Source: an uncultured virus (IMG/VR IMGVR_UViG_3300012665_000884)
Taxonomy: Duplodnaviria; Heunggongvirae; Uroviricota; Caudoviricetes
Virus record (IMG/VR): IMGVR_UViG_3300012665_000884
Strand: one strand, 5' to 3'
Length of the DNA: 38,890 nt
The position numbers and the translations under genes are program-made. A model generated the notes under the pieces. The model saw only the letters and a list, made by a program, of their open reading frames with translations, did not search any database and was not told the DNA's origin. This document shows positions 1-8,928 of this stretch, in pieces; position 1 is the stretch's first letter; each line of letters starts with the position of its first letter.

Positions 1-2
1 AC

Positions 3-224
3 TACACTAAACTAAACGAAAAAACAAAATCATTGACCATTTCAATGATTGATGCCCAAGAGAAGGCATTCAAAACAACTATCTCCGCCTTCGAGAAATT
101 CTTGGGTGCCGAATCTGCTACATATATGTATGGTATAATCAAAGTAGCGGAAGAAGTATCGAATAATGCAAGAAAAATCGTTGAAGAAAGCCAGGGCTTT
201 ACTTATGCAGGAAATACAAAATAA
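3..224 (+). CDS. Hypothetical helical protein, 5'-truncated
   Basis: Frame is open from the window start (YTKLNEKTKSLTISMIDAQEK...) to TAA at 222-224. Confidence 0.55.
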   Translation, partial: YTKLNEKTKSLTISMIDAQEKAFKTTISAFEKFLGAESATYMYGIIKVAEEVSNNARKIVEESQGFTYAGNTK

Positions 225-432
225 TACCAGTTATTTTAGTCCTGTTGTACGTAACGGTTGGATAATAAAATTCTCTGTATATAAGAACTCAGATATATTA
301 TTGTTATTCACATCAAAGTATACCGGACAAACGATAGTCCGATACTTCACCGAAGAAGATGATGCGGTAGATTTTATTAACATGATAACTGTTAAAGATT
401 CTACAATCTTCCAAGACCACGCAGACTTCTAA
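166..432 (+). CDS. Hypothetical protein (alternative start 205)
   Basis: ORF track; followed by a terminator. Confidence 0.65.
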   Translation: MQEKSLKKARALLMQEIQNNTSYFSPVVRNGWIIKFSVYKNSDILLLFTSKYTGQTIVRYFTEEDDAVDFINMITVKDSTIFQDHADF

Positions 433-445
433 CTGGTAAACATTC

Positions 446-474
446 AACCCACCCATTGCGGTGGGTTTCTTTTT
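446..474 (+). terminator. Rho-independent terminator
   Basis: AACCCACC-cattgc-GGTGGGTT followed by TCTTTTT. Confidence 0.8.
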
Positions 475-490
475 GTGCTATAATAAGCAC

Positions 491-835
491 ATGAACAAGC
501 CAATCAAATACATTGTCGCTGGTAATTATACTGAGTACCAAGCATATGTGCGCAGTAAGCCAAGAGAAAAATACTATTACAAGTATGTCTCGGAACCAGA
601 GAAACTATGTGGACTATCCAGTGTCGAAGGATATTATATAGGCACATATATGGACCGACCTGATATTGATGAAATAAAGGTTCGTATTGCCATTATCAAA
701 TCAAGACAAAGTAAAAAAACTGGATATAGGGCATTAAAAGATCCGGCTAATATTGAGATGCTCCGTAAAGAATTGTATGCCGAGATTGATAAGTTTAATT
801 CTGGATTGATGAGTGGAGTGAATAATGAAGTTTAA
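491..835 (+). CDS. Hypothetical protein, probably leaderless
   Basis: ATG 491 lies 6 nt after extended -10 TGcTATAAT (476-484); no SD. Confidence 0.7.
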   Translation: MNKPIKYIVAGNYTEYQAYVRSKPREKYYYKYVSEPEKLCGLSSVEGYYIGTYMDRPDIDEIKVRIAIIKSRQSKKTGYRALKDPANIEMLRKELYAEIDKFNSGLMSGVNNEV

Positions 836-1457
836 AAAGTATGAAGGTCAAACTCTGACCAATGCCACGGTGTCATATAAAATTGATGGTGTTCGTGCCC
901 ACAATACACCCGATGGTCCTGTATCCCGTGCAGGTAAGCCATTATATAATCTAACACTACCTGATGATATTGAAGTCGCTGAGATATATGGTGGTACCTG
1001 GGAACAAACTATTAGTATGGTTCGGACACAGGTAGGCGCACCAGTGCCGGAATCAGCCATATATTCATTACGCCCTAACATCGACAAGAGATTGGTTATT
1101 GGTGTATATGACACAATTACACCAATGGAAGTGGCTCACCTATTTGATGTAGCCAAATTACAAAAACTTGAGGGACTGATTATCGAATCGGAAGGACTAT
1201 TATATAAAGTAAAAGGCACCGAAACGTTTGATGTACCAGTTATTGGTGTACAGGAAGGCACTGGTCGTAACCTTGGACGCATGGGTGCATTACTAACACC
1301 GATGGGCAAAGTTGGTGGTGGTTTTACTGATGCACACCGCGAGTTATATTACAAAGATATTATCGGTAAGATTATCGAGGTTGAATGTATGGAACTAACA
1401 CCCGATGGTAAGTTTAGACACCCAAGATTTGTACGCCTACGTGAGGACAAAGCATAA
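825..1457 (+). CDS. Minimal ATP-dependent DNA ligase
   Basis: Motif I YKIDGVR, EGLII, LYKVK, and a C-terminal OB fold (GKVGGGFTD...IEVECMELTPDGKFRHPRF). Confidence 0.85.
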   Translation: MKFKKYEGQTLTNATVSYKIDGVRAHNTPDGPVSRAGKPLYNLTLPDDIEVAEIYGGTWEQTISMVRTQVGAPVPESAIYSLRPNIDKRLVIGVYDTITPMEVAHLFDVAKLQKLEGLIIESEGLLYKVKGTETFDVPVIGVQEGTGRNLGRMGALLTPMGKVGGGFTDAHRELYYKDIIGKIIEVECMELTPDGKFRHPRFVRLREDKA

Positions 1458-2053
1458 TGTTTGTATTTGATGTTGAAACACTAGGTGTAGAATCCAATTC
1501 TGTTGTCCTATCCATGGCGTGTGTATATTTCAATCCGAAAGATACACCAAGTCACCAAGAATTAAAAGACACCTCATTCTTCTGTAAGTTTGATGTAAGT
1601 GACCAAGTTAAACGATTCGACAGGAAGATTGACCGAGATACTATTGCATGGTGGAAGAAACAATGCAAGAATGCACAGATTAAGTCCTTCATTCCAAATA
1701 AGGAGTGGGATATACCATTTGAAGCCGGACACAGTGCCATGAAAGAATGGGTAAAATCAAAGAACGATCCTGATTGTTATGTCTGGGCACGTGGTGGACT
1801 GGATGATGTTGTACTATCAAGTATGGAACGAGCCACTGGTTGTGAGAATATCTTTTCATATAATAGGTGGAGGGATGTGCGTACCGCTGTTGATTACATG
1901 TACAATAGGACCAATGGATATACCGATACGGAAGTACCAGCCTGGGTGGATGATTTTAATAGTCAACTACATATCACGAAACATAATCCAGTTGATGATT
2001 GTGTATTTGATGCGATGCAATTATTATACGGAGTGAAGAATGATTCTGAGTAA
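1457..2053 (+). CDS. dexA: DEDDh 3'-5' exonuclease, T4 DexA-like
   Basis: FDVETLG, TIAWWKKQ, WARG, RWRDVRT and HNPVDDCVFD motifs. Confidence 0.8.
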   Translation: MFVFDVETLGVESNSVVLSMACVYFNPKDTPSHQELKDTSFFCKFDVSDQVKRFDRKIDRDTIAWWKKQCKNAQIKSFIPNKEWDIPFEAGHSAMKEWVKSKNDPDCYVWARGGLDDVVLSSMERATGCENIFSYNRWRDVRTAVDYMYNRTNGYTDTEVPAWVDDFNSQLHITKHNPVDDCVFDAMQLLYGVKNDSE

Positions 2054-2228
2054 GACTGACCTAGAGGTTATTAATAAAATAGTGGAAGAGAATAATATAT
2101 CCTTTTTCAAATTATACCAGAAATCTGGATCAGGCATTGGATATACTACTGACCTAGAATATGAGACTGAAATTAATGGTAGATTTGCCACCATTAAAAT
2201 GCCAGTTGCAACCGAGGACAATTGGTGA
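2040..2228 (+). CDS. Hypothetical protein
   Basis: GGAG SD, coupled to neighbours; SGSGIGYTT motif. Confidence 0.7.
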   Translation: MILSKTDLEVINKIVEENNISFFKLYQKSGSGIGYTTDLEYETEINGRFATIKMPVATEDNW

Positions 2229-2503
2229 TGAAACAATATGAATGCTGGTGCTATGAATGTCTAAAGGATACGAAAGAGGATGGATGGCCTATCACCCTAT
2301 CACAAATGATATTATGTCCGGACTGTGGTAATAAACGCTGCCCCAAAGCTACGGACCATAATAATGCATGTACCAATTCAAATGAATCAGGACAGCCAGG
2401 TAGTAGATATTCTATTGAATTTAACCCAAAGATAACACACCACGCAACCGCAACCCAAGAAACCATAAAAGGATATTCCAATGAAAACAAAAAAACTAAT
2501 TAA
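2228..2503 (+). CDS. Cys-rich zinc-binding hypothetical protein
   Basis: CWCYEC and CPDCGNKRCPKA-x-H-x3-C; TGATG coupling. Confidence 0.7.
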   Translation: MKQYECWCYECLKDTKEDGWPITLSQMILCPDCGNKRCPKATDHNNACTNSNESGQPGSRYSIEFNPKITHHATATQETIKGYSNENKKTN

Positions 2504-2612
2504 ACGCATGTATAAAGCCATTTTCAATCATAATCTAAAGAAAGAAGCCAAATTGTATAAGAGATTATTAAAGAAATCATTTAAGCATAAGAATACGAGT
2601 GTAGTACAATAA
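2481..2612 (+). CDS. Small basic protein (43 aa)
   Basis: Manual translation MKTKKLIKRMYKAIFNHNLKKEAKLYKRLLKKSFKHKNTSVVQ; AAGGA SD; fills the gap between neighbours. Confidence 0.6.
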   Translation: MKTKKLIKRMYKAIFNHNLKKEAKLYKRLLKKSFKHKNTSVVQ

Positions 2613-2615
2613 ACC

Positions 2616-2813
2616 ATGAAACTCACCGATGCTCCTATATTAGGATATGATGGAGATAATAAAGAGATAAGACAACCAAAGGGATGGGTATATACTCAAG
2701 CATTCATTATGTGTAGAGAATGTAATCAACCAATATCCAGTCATGGTGGTCCAAGATATAACTCCATATGCATGTCCTGTTATATGGAAGAACATAGTAA
2801 ATATCCAAAATAG
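2616..2813 (+). CDS. Small zinc-finger protein
   Basis: CREC...CMSC. Confidence 0.6.
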   Translation: MKLTDAPILGYDGDNKEIRQPKGWVYTQAFIMCRECNQPISSHGGPRYNSICMSCYMEEHSKYPK

Positions 2814-2849
2814 TACTGTATATTTGTACAGTGCTGTATAAAAACACAT
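2814..2849. promoter_or_regulatory. Putative LexA (SOS) box plus an adjacent imperfect second box
   Basis: taCTGTatatttgtACAGt at 2814-2832 (CTGT-N8-ACAG), and CTGTataaaaacACAt at 2834-2849. Confidence 0.5.
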
Positions 2850-2890
2850 GTGGCAACTCCACTACTGACAATAATACTAAATATCGCACT

Positions 2891-3208
2891 ATGAAAATAT
2901 GTCCGAATTGTGACAAAGAACATAATAAAAGAGGTGCCTACTGTTGTCAATCGTGCGGTAATAGCCGTCCGCAATCTGATGAACTGAAGGCGCAGAAAGC
3001 GGAGAAGCTGAGAGCCTATCATGCAACACCAGAGGGAGCAGCCACCCGATCCATAGCGTCCGACTTTGCGTCACGCCTTAATAAGAATAGGGCACTAGAG
3101 AGAAGTGGTGAGTATGTGCTGAGTGATCCTGATTGGATGTTGGATATACCATTGACTACTGATAACATGCATACATACCACGATGAGGATGATACCTCGT
3201 GGCTATAA
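2891..3208 (+). CDS. Zinc-ribbon hypothetical protein
   Basis: MKICPNC...YCCQSC; ATG at 2891. Confidence 0.7.
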   Translation: MKICPNCDKEHNKRGAYCCQSCGNSRPQSDELKAQKAEKLRAYHATPEGAATRSIASDFASRLNKNRALERSGEYVLSDPDWMLDIPLTTDNMHTYHDEDDTSWL

Positions 3209-3217
3209 AGGATATGC

Positions 3218-3370
3218 ATGACTACATTAAAACACACCTGCGATAATTGCGATACGGCATTCAGAATCGCCTATGATGATGAAGAAGCCGCAGATTCACC
3301 GAAATTTTGTCCGTTCTGTTCAGAATACATAACTGACAAGAATGAGGATGAAGATGAGCTGGACTTATAA
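3218..3370 (+). CDS. Small zinc-ribbon protein (50 aa)
   Basis: Manual translation: HTCDNC...FCPFC with an acidic tail; AAGGA SD. Confidence 0.7.
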   Translation: MTTLKHTCDNCDTAFRIAYDDEEAADSPKFCPFCSEYITDKNEDEDELDL

Positions 3371-3758
3371 TGATAATGAGGTAACTCCTGAAGTTATCGG
3401 TGATGCATACGGATTTGTTTATGTAATCACTAATGAGAAGACCGGTCGAAGATACGTTGGGCGCAAGTACTTCACCAAAGCAGGATACAAGACCGTTAAG
3501 GGTAAGCGCAAGAAGATTAGATTATCAAGTGGATGGGAAGACTACTACGGCTCTAATAAAGCATTGATAGAGGATGTTGCCACACTTGGAGAAGAGAATT
3601 TTACTCGGCGCATTATAAAGCTGTGCCGTAATCGTTCCGAATGCTCCTACTGGGAAACACACTTCATTTTTCAGTTTGAGGCACTACTATCCGACAGATG
3701 GTATAACGAGTGGGTTACTTGCAAAATCTCCGCAAGGCATTTAGCCAGCCTTAAGTAA
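3354..3758 (+). CDS. GIY-YIG-family endonuclease
   Basis: YGFVYVITNEKTGRRYVGRK, WEDYYGS, F-x-R-x-I, conserved E and YN motifs. Confidence 0.8.
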   Translation: MSWTYNDNEVTPEVIGDAYGFVYVITNEKTGRRYVGRKYFTKAGYKTVKGKRKKIRLSSGWEDYYGSNKALIEDVATLGEENFTRRIIKLCRNRSECSYWETHFIFQFEALLSDRWYNEWVTCKISARHLASLK

Positions 3759-4016
3759 TACTTCCGTTTTCTAAAAACGACACTTCCAAGTGCTTGATTT
3801 TAAACGATAATCCAGACAAGAAAAACACAAAAGTGATGGAAATGCAGTTTCCGCACGTGGACGTAGGGTAGCACGTATTGGAAACAAAAGTACTCAAAAT
3901 CCTATTATCCTACTCCCAACGTCCACCCCAACCAGTTTCGAATAGGTTTATTATACATGGAACTGGAATTCCGTCAAGACAGTAAAAAGTATTACTTTGT
4001 TTTGGTAGGGTATTGG

Positions 4017-4045
4017 TTGACAAGTGGTAATATTCCTGGTATAAT
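4017..4045 (+). promoter_or_regulatory. Sigma70-type early promoter
   Basis: TTGACA-17-TATAAT with TG extension. Confidence 0.85.
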
Positions 4046-4069
4046 AGTATGGAAGAAAGAGAGATAAAG

Positions 4070-4288
4070 ATGGATAATTTAAATTCAATTTCAGTGGCAG
4101 ATATGATCGCGGCATTGTCTCGCCTACCTGCTGACGCACGTTTGGTGGTTACTCATTCCGGTTACTACTGCTATGATTCCTTCGCTGATATCTACGTACC
4201 TACTCCAGTCGATGCTGTGGGTGATCGTGTGTCTGATCCTGCGGATGCTGTTGCTTACTCTATCGGTCATTCTCATCAGTCCTATTAA
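4070..4288 (+). CDS. Hypothetical early protein
   Basis: ORF downstream of the promoter with a purine-rich leader. Confidence 0.7.
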   Translation: MDNLNSISVADMIAALSRLPADARLVVTHSGYYCYDSFADIYVPTPVDAVGDRVSDPADAVAYSIGHSHQSY

Positions 4289-4376
4289 TACCTGAGCAAA
4301 ATAGTCAGGTATTGGTTGACAGGATGGTAAAAGTGTGGTATAATTACCTCAAGAAATCAGAAAAGAGAGTTAAAAA
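4287..4376 (+). promoter_or_regulatory. Early promoter module: palindrome, promoter and conserved leader
   Basis: AATACCTGA-N9-TCAGGTATT, TTGACA 4316, TATAAT 4339, leader CAAGAAATCAGAAAAGAGAG. Confidence 0.85.
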
Positions 4377-4580
4377 ATGTCATTCGAAAAGCGTGTTTTG
4401 TCTGTAGTGTCTAAGGTGTTGAAACAGGATGATACTGCATCCTTCGCCTACGGTACTCTGTTTGTACCTGAGATTACTGCTAAAGAAGCGGCTAAAATCG
4501 AGACTGCATTGATTGAAGAATTTCGTTGTGGTGTGATTGTCTCTCCAGTCGCCAACGAATTTGCGTTTGATTTTGTTTAA
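4377..4580 (+). CDS. Hypothetical early protein
   Basis: ORF track, directly after the promoter leader. Confidence 0.75.
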   Translation: MSFEKRVLSVVSKVLKQDDTASFAYGTLFVPEITAKEAAKIETALIEEFRCGVIVSPVANEFAFDFV

Positions 4581-4589
4581 GGAATTGTT

Positions 4590-4781
4590 ATGAAAACCTA
4601 CGGAATGTTCACCGAGACCGGTAATTCTGCTGTGGCTAAAATCGTTGAGTGTGCCGAGACTGCTGGCTTGCCATGGTTCATTGTTGAAAAAATGTTGTAT
4701 GCGCTGGCTGAGACACCGCCATACTCTGAGGCTACCGATACTGCTGTCCGTGAAGCCGTTTGGTGCGAATTGTTTCCCTAA
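4590..4781 (+). CDS. Hypothetical early protein
   Basis: AAGGA SD; EATDTAVREAV. Confidence 0.75.
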   Translation: MKTYGMFTETGNSAVAKIVECAETAGLPWFIVEKMLYALAETPPYSEATDTAVREAVWCELFP

Positions 4782-4790
4782 GGAGTTGTT

Positions 4791-5066
4791 ATGTCTGTAG
4801 AAGGTTTGATGCTTGATGCTGGTCTAGATGTGGGTATGACTGTTTTTGAAGCCAAGTGCTACGGTATGTCCGAGAATGATATCCGTAAACAATACATGGA
4901 TTCTATGACTGCAAAAACTTGTGGTCAAGAGATGGTCGTTATGGGTATATTGAGTGACTGCCAAGAGATGTTAGCCATGGGTGCTGGCGCTGGTGCTGTT
5001 GAATATGCCCGTAAAAAAATGAATGTCGCTAAATTTATTTTGTGTGAAATGAAGGATTCGAAATGA
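4791..5066 (+). CDS. Hypothetical early protein
   Basis: AAGGAG SD. Confidence 0.75.
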   Translation: MSVEGLMLDAGLDVGMTVFEAKCYGMSENDIRKQYMDSMTAKTCGQEMVVMGILSDCQEMLAMGAGAGAVEYARKKMNVAKFILCEMKDSK

Positions 5067-5311
5067 GAGTTGCATCCGTTATCAAAGGTTTGAAGAATAG
5101 CCAGAAAATCTTCTTGGCTATCAACGGCGTTGCCATGTACACTACTGTTGGTGCTACTGATAAACTGGCATATGCCACCCAGCGGTCTGCTGTTTACGTG
5201 TTGTTGTCGGAAATGGCTCTAGAAAAAGCTACTGGCATGTCCCGTACCGTTCGTGTCTACGATCACAAAATGGAACAAGTTGCGGTAGAAGTAAGCATTT
5301 CCAAGTGCTGA
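5063..5311 (+). CDS. Hypothetical early protein
   Basis: ATGA overlap with the upstream gene. Confidence 0.7.
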   Translation: MRVASVIKGLKNSQKIFLAINGVAMYTTVGATDKLAYATQRSAVYVLLSEMALEKATGMSRTVRVYDHKMEQVAVEVSISKC

Positions 5312-5315
5312 CCTA

Positions 5316-5344
5316 TTGACAAGAATTGGCTGGCGCTGTATACT
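5316..5344 (+). promoter_or_regulatory. Sigma70-type promoter
   Basis: TTGACA-17-TATACT. Confidence 0.7.
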
Positions 5345-5372
5345 GTGGCTGTTAGGCTATTCAGAATGAATT

Positions 5373-5789
5373 ATGGCAAATGAACTAATTAATACTCTTT
5401 GGGGTTTAGAAGTGCTGAACCCTGCTCCTATGTGTAAGCACGAAGGATGTGACAATCATGCCGATAATGCTGGCAATGGTAAGTACCATAGGCTATGCTC
5501 TCATCACCATAAAGCGAGGTATCAAAAGAAACGTGGTGGACAGAAGCACCTGTATCACAGGAAGGAATACTGTGAGAATGTGGATGGTCGTCTTGGCTAT
5601 AAGTGTACCTCCACCATCGTGAACTGGAAATGGCAACTAGAGGTGGACCATATTGACGGAGATACCAATAACGATAGTCCTCTGAACTACCAGACTTTGT
5701 GCTCCTGTTGCCATAGGTATAAAACTTACATTAATGAAGAGAATCTTCCAATGGCGAAACGAAGGTCTTACTTATCCAAGTTTCTATAA
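5373..5789 (+). CDS. HNH endonuclease with N-terminal zinc finger
   Basis: LEVDHIDGDTNNDSPLNYQTLCSCCHRYKT; N-terminal CKHEGC...LCSHH. Confidence 0.85.
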   Translation: MANELINTLWGLEVLNPAPMCKHEGCDNHADNAGNGKYHRLCSHHHKARYQKKRGGQKHLYHRKEYCENVDGRLGYKCTSTIVNWKWQLEVDHIDGDTNNDSPLNYQTLCSCCHRYKTYINEENLPMAKRRSYLSKFL

Positions 5790-5803
5790 TAACACTACAT
5801 TTC

Positions 5804-5845
5804 AGTCAGGTATTGCTTGACAAGATGGTAATTGTGTGGTATAAT
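5804..5845 (+). promoter_or_regulatory. Early promoter module
   Basis: AGTCAGGTATT half-site, TTGACA 5817, TATAAT 5840. Confidence 0.8.
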
Positions 5846-6054
5846 TGATGCAAGAAAAGAGAAAAGATACCATGACACTAATCACAGACTTCATCAAATC
5901 CGCTGTAATTGCCACCTTGTTTTTCTGGCCATTGTTCTACTACTACTTGGCCTAAGGAGCTACCATGATCTCTATGCGTAAACGTAAAAAAAAGTTGTAC
6001 TCTGGTCGTAATGCGCCATTGATGTTCGCCTTGTTGGATTCTATGATCCGTAAG

Positions 6055-6179
6055 NNNNNNNNNNNNNNNNNNNNNNNNNNNNNNNNNNNNNNNNNNNNNN
6101 NNNNNNNNNNNNNNNNNNNNNNNNNNNNNNNNNNNNNNNNNNNNNNNNNNNNNNNNNNNNNNNNNNNNNNNNNNNNNNN
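6055..6179. other. Assembly gap (125 N)
   Basis: Run of N. Confidence 1.
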
Positions 6180-6202
6180 AAGGCAATGGGCATTCTCCCA
6201 AG

Positions 6203-6297
6203 AATACCTGACTAAAATTTGTGAGTACTTTTGCTATACTTGACATTTGGTAAATATCTGTTATACTAGAGTTAAGAAATCAGAAAGAGAGCCAAAA
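6203..6297 (+). promoter_or_regulatory. Early promoter module
   Basis: AATACCTGACTAAAATTTGTGAGTACTTTT, TTGACA 6240, TATACT 6262, leader AAGAAATCAGAAAGAGAG. Confidence 0.8.
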
Positions 6298-6462
6298 ATG
6301 TTCGTAGTTTACAACTTTTCCTATCCTAACTATCATCCTCGTTTCTACGCTACTAAGCGTGGTGCATTGATTGCCCGTGGACGTAATAACGCTAATCCTA
6401 AGAACTTTCAATGCGGTGTGTTGAGTGTTGAGGATTTTAATAAAGTGTTTGGAGTAAAATAA
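6298..6462 (+). CDS. Hypothetical early protein
   Basis: ATG 6298 after the conserved leader. Confidence 0.7.
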   Translation: MFVVYNFSYPNYHPRFYATKRGALIARGRNNANPKNFQCGVLSVEDFNKVFGVK

Positions 6463-6635
6463 TGAACCCAATTCCTCGTTCTAGTCTGTTCGCTACTCCA
6501 GAAGACCTTACTGCTTTAGACTTACAAATCCGCAGTCTGAATACTGACGCTGAGAGAGCCATCGCCTACCATTACACTATGTTGGCATTCAATCTAGCGT
6601 ACAAGCTGGTGGAAGAAGAAAAGGAAACTGCGTAA
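6462..6635 (+). CDS. Hypothetical early protein (57 aa)
   Basis: Manual translation MNPIPRSSLFATPEDL...EEEKETA; GGAG SD; TAATG coupling at both ends. Confidence 0.65.
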   Translation: MNPIPRSSLFATPEDLTALDLQIRSLNTDAERAIAYHYTMLAFNLAYKLVEEEKETA

Positions 6636-6874
6636 TGGAATACACTACTATCTGGTCTGGCTCTGCTGTACGTGCGGCCCTTACTGTTAAAATGCGTGGC
6701 CAGACTGCTGGCGCTGTCCAATTTGTCGTTGCTGATAATGACAAGTGCACCTTCTGGTTACCGAAGTCTGCTCTGAAATGGAAAGATAGCCAATACCAGT
6801 TAGCGTTCTGGTTCACCAAGACACCTTACTTAAAGGGTCTGTTTGACCGCTATGCTACTCACTACAAAGCATAA
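6635..6874 (+). CDS. Hypothetical early protein
   Basis: ORF track; FWLPKS motif. Confidence 0.7.
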   Translation: MEYTTIWSGSAVRAALTVKMRGQTAGAVQFVVADNDKCTFWLPKSALKWKDSQYQLAFWFTKTPYLKGLFDRYATHYKA

Positions 6875-6968
6875 TACCTGACTAAAATTTGTGAGTACTT
6901 TTTACTGACTTGACAATGGTACACTTTTGTGGTATAATTAACTCAAGAAATCAGAAAGAGAGTTAAAA
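6873..6968 (+). promoter_or_regulatory. Early promoter module
   Basis: Same upstream block as at 6203, TTGACA 6910, TATAAT 6933, conserved leader. Confidence 0.85.
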
Positions 6969-7044
6969 ATGTTGTTATTTGTTGTTGCTGTGTTTACGTT
7001 CTTGGTTGTGTTGTCTGCTATCTCTACCGCTCTGGAGAAATAAA

Positions 7045-7206
7045 ATGCGTACTTATAAAGCCTTCTACAAAAATCAAGTTATTACAGTTATGGCCGCTAC
7101 TTCCTGGGCTGCACAATTAGCGGCTGCGAAAGTGTTCAAAGCTAAAAAATCATATGACGTTGCCATCGTCTTGGCCGACGTTGAAGTTAGTCCCTGTAGT
7201 CTGTAA
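7045..7206 (+). CDS. Hypothetical early protein
   Basis: GGAG SD before MRTYKAFYKNQ. Confidence 0.7.
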   Translation: MRTYKAFYKNQVITVMAATSWAAQLAAAKVFKAKKSYDVAIVLADVEVSPCSL

Positions 7207-7379
7207 GGAGTTACCATGAAAAAAGTTGCTCTGGCTTACCGATACATGAGCCTTGTGGAAGAATATGAACTGGATGTGGAGGATGCTCTGTGTGATGTTC
7301 TGGCTATATTGGAGAAAGTTGCTCCAGATGCTCTCCAGAAAGAAATTGATAATCTTGAAGAATACGTGGAGAGTTTTCT

Positions 7380-7583
7380 ATGAACTTAAAATTAAAAGCG
7401 GCTTTGTTGACAGTCGCTACTATGGTTAGTGTTTTTTTAATGTCTGCTCTAATCTCATGGATTGGTGATACCTTCGATACGGATCAAATCGTGTTTGGTA
7501 TGCAATGCTTAGGCTTGATTCTACTGACCTATGCGCTGTACGGACTCTTTTTGTTGCGCTTAGAATCTGAGGATATTGAATGA
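7380..7583 (+). CDS. Small membrane protein with two TM segments
   Basis: Two hydrophobic stretches; GGAG SD. Confidence 0.7.
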   Translation: MNLKLKAALLTVATMVSVFLMSALISWIGDTFDTDQIVFGMQCLGLILLTYALYGLFLLRLESEDIE

Positions 7584-7795
7584 TTAGAGAGAAACGAAAT
7601 ACTGGTTCAATCGTCATTGACTTGACTGGTCCAAACGGAAATGCATATGCTCTGTTGGCCTATGCATCCAAGTTTTGTCGTGCATGTGAACTTGATGAAA
7701 AAGTGGTCCTTGATGAAATGATGGCTGGAGACTATGAAAATCTGCTGAAGGTTTTCGATGGCTACTTTGGTGACTTTGTTATTTTGGAGCGTTAA
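7580..7795 (+). CDS. Conserved phage hypothetical protein
   Basis: IDLTGPNGNAYALL...MMAGDYENLL. Confidence 0.75.
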   Translation: MIREKRNTGSIVIDLTGPNGNAYALLAYASKFCRACELDEKVVLDEMMAGDYENLLKVFDGYFGDFVILER

Positions 7796-7922
7796 TGGAT
7801 GACTTAGAGTTTTTTCGGCTTCTTGGACATTGGGTAATTCGCCGAGTGCCTAATACCAAAGACCAGTTCTATGTGGCGTGTGGATATCCGCCTGATAATG
7901 TAAAACGAATTTATGGAATTCT

Positions 7923-8168
7923 ATGAACGAACAATTTAGAAAACTATTATCTCGGGCTACTGAGTTAGCGGATGAAGAATATGGTTATGACGGATCAGAT
8001 TACGCCGAGATTGTTCAGGAAAAGTTCGCCGAGTTGATTGTTAGGGAATGTATCGATATTGCTAAAAATTGGGAAGACGAACTAGAAAATGCCAACATGC
8101 TCAGCGAATCAAATGCAGCTGGCATCGTGGCATATCGAATTGCACGACAATTTGGAGTTAAAGAATGA
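7923..8168 (+). CDS. MNER/EKFAELIVxEC paralog 1
   Basis: Shares MNE.., EKFAELIVREC and FGVKE with three neighbours. Confidence 0.8.
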   Translation: MNEQFRKLLSRATELADEEYGYDGSDYAEIVQEKFAELIVRECIDIAKNWEDELENANMLSESNAAGIVAYRIARQFGVKE

Positions 8169-8389
8169 ACGAACGAATTTGGGAACTTGCTGAACAGGCT
8201 ATTACAGATGATTTGCCCGAGCCAATCGCAATACCTGCTGAATTTGTTGTAAGGCTCGCCGAGTTGATTGTGAAAGAATGTGCCCAACTTGCACGTGACA
8301 CTGATTTAGAAGATGTTGAAGGCGGTGATAGTGATGTATTACGAGCAGCAAAACGTCAGATTCTAGAACATTTCGGAGTTGAAGAATGA
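8165..8389 (+). CDS. MNER/EKFAELIVxEC paralog 2
   Basis: MNERIWELAEQA...LAELIVKEC...HFGVEE. Confidence 0.8.
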   Translation: MNERIWELAEQAITDDLPEPIAIPAEFVVRLAELIVKECAQLARDTDLEDVEGGDSDVLRAAKRQILEHFGVEE

Positions 8390-8461
8390 CAGAGATACAG
8401 GGATGGATCATTGTAGTCTGTGCAATACTGATTACTATACGAATGTTGTTGGAGCCTTGAT

Positions 8462-8704
8462 ATGAACGAACGAATTGAAAAACTTGCTGAACAGGCTGTA
8501 CTACAAGCCAACGAAGTGTTTGACCAAAAAGGTAAAGACTATATGGGAATTGTCATGGAAAAGTTCGCTGAGTTGATTGCCAAGGAATGTATGGATGCAG
8601 TAGGCGATGGTCCATTAGAGCGTCCAGCAATCCAACGTATCAAAGCCAAGTTTGGTGTTGAATATTATGAGCCAATTGAAAAAGCATTCGGAGTTGAAGA
8701 ATGA
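8462..8704 (+). CDS. MNER/EKFAELIVxEC paralog 3
   Basis: MNERIEKLAEQA...EKFAELIAKEC...FGVEE. Confidence 0.8.
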   Translation: MNERIEKLAEQAVLQANEVFDQKGKDYMGIVMEKFAELIAKECMDAVGDGPLERPAIQRIKAKFGVEYYEPIEKAFGVEE

Positions 8705-8928
8705 ACGAACGAATTGAAAAACTTATCTCTGAGTCTATTAAGGCGATTCCCGACCATGTAGACTTTGATTTGCCTAAAGAGTTTACTGAAAAGTTCGCCG
8801 AGTTGATTGTGCTAGAATGTGCTAGTCAAGTTAGGTTTACTGATTTACTATTATGTAATGATGACAGTGACGGTGAAATATTGTTGCAGGCATCTGTACA
8901 GTTGAAACAACATTTCGGAGTTGAATAA
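8701..8928 (+). CDS. MNER/EKFAELIVxEC paralog 4
   Basis: MNERIEKL...EKFAELIVLEC...HFGVE. Confidence 0.8.
   Translation: MNERIEKLISESIKAIPDHVDFDLPKEFTEKFAELIVLECASQVRFTDLLLCNDDSDGEILLQASVQLKQHFGVE

Noticed and set aside
5878..6246. ORFs spanning the N run
   Set aside because: They are artefacts of reading through the assembly gap
7923..8928. Diversity-generating retroelement template/variable repeats
   Set aside because: No reverse transcriptase in the window, and the differences are not adenine-specific substitutions
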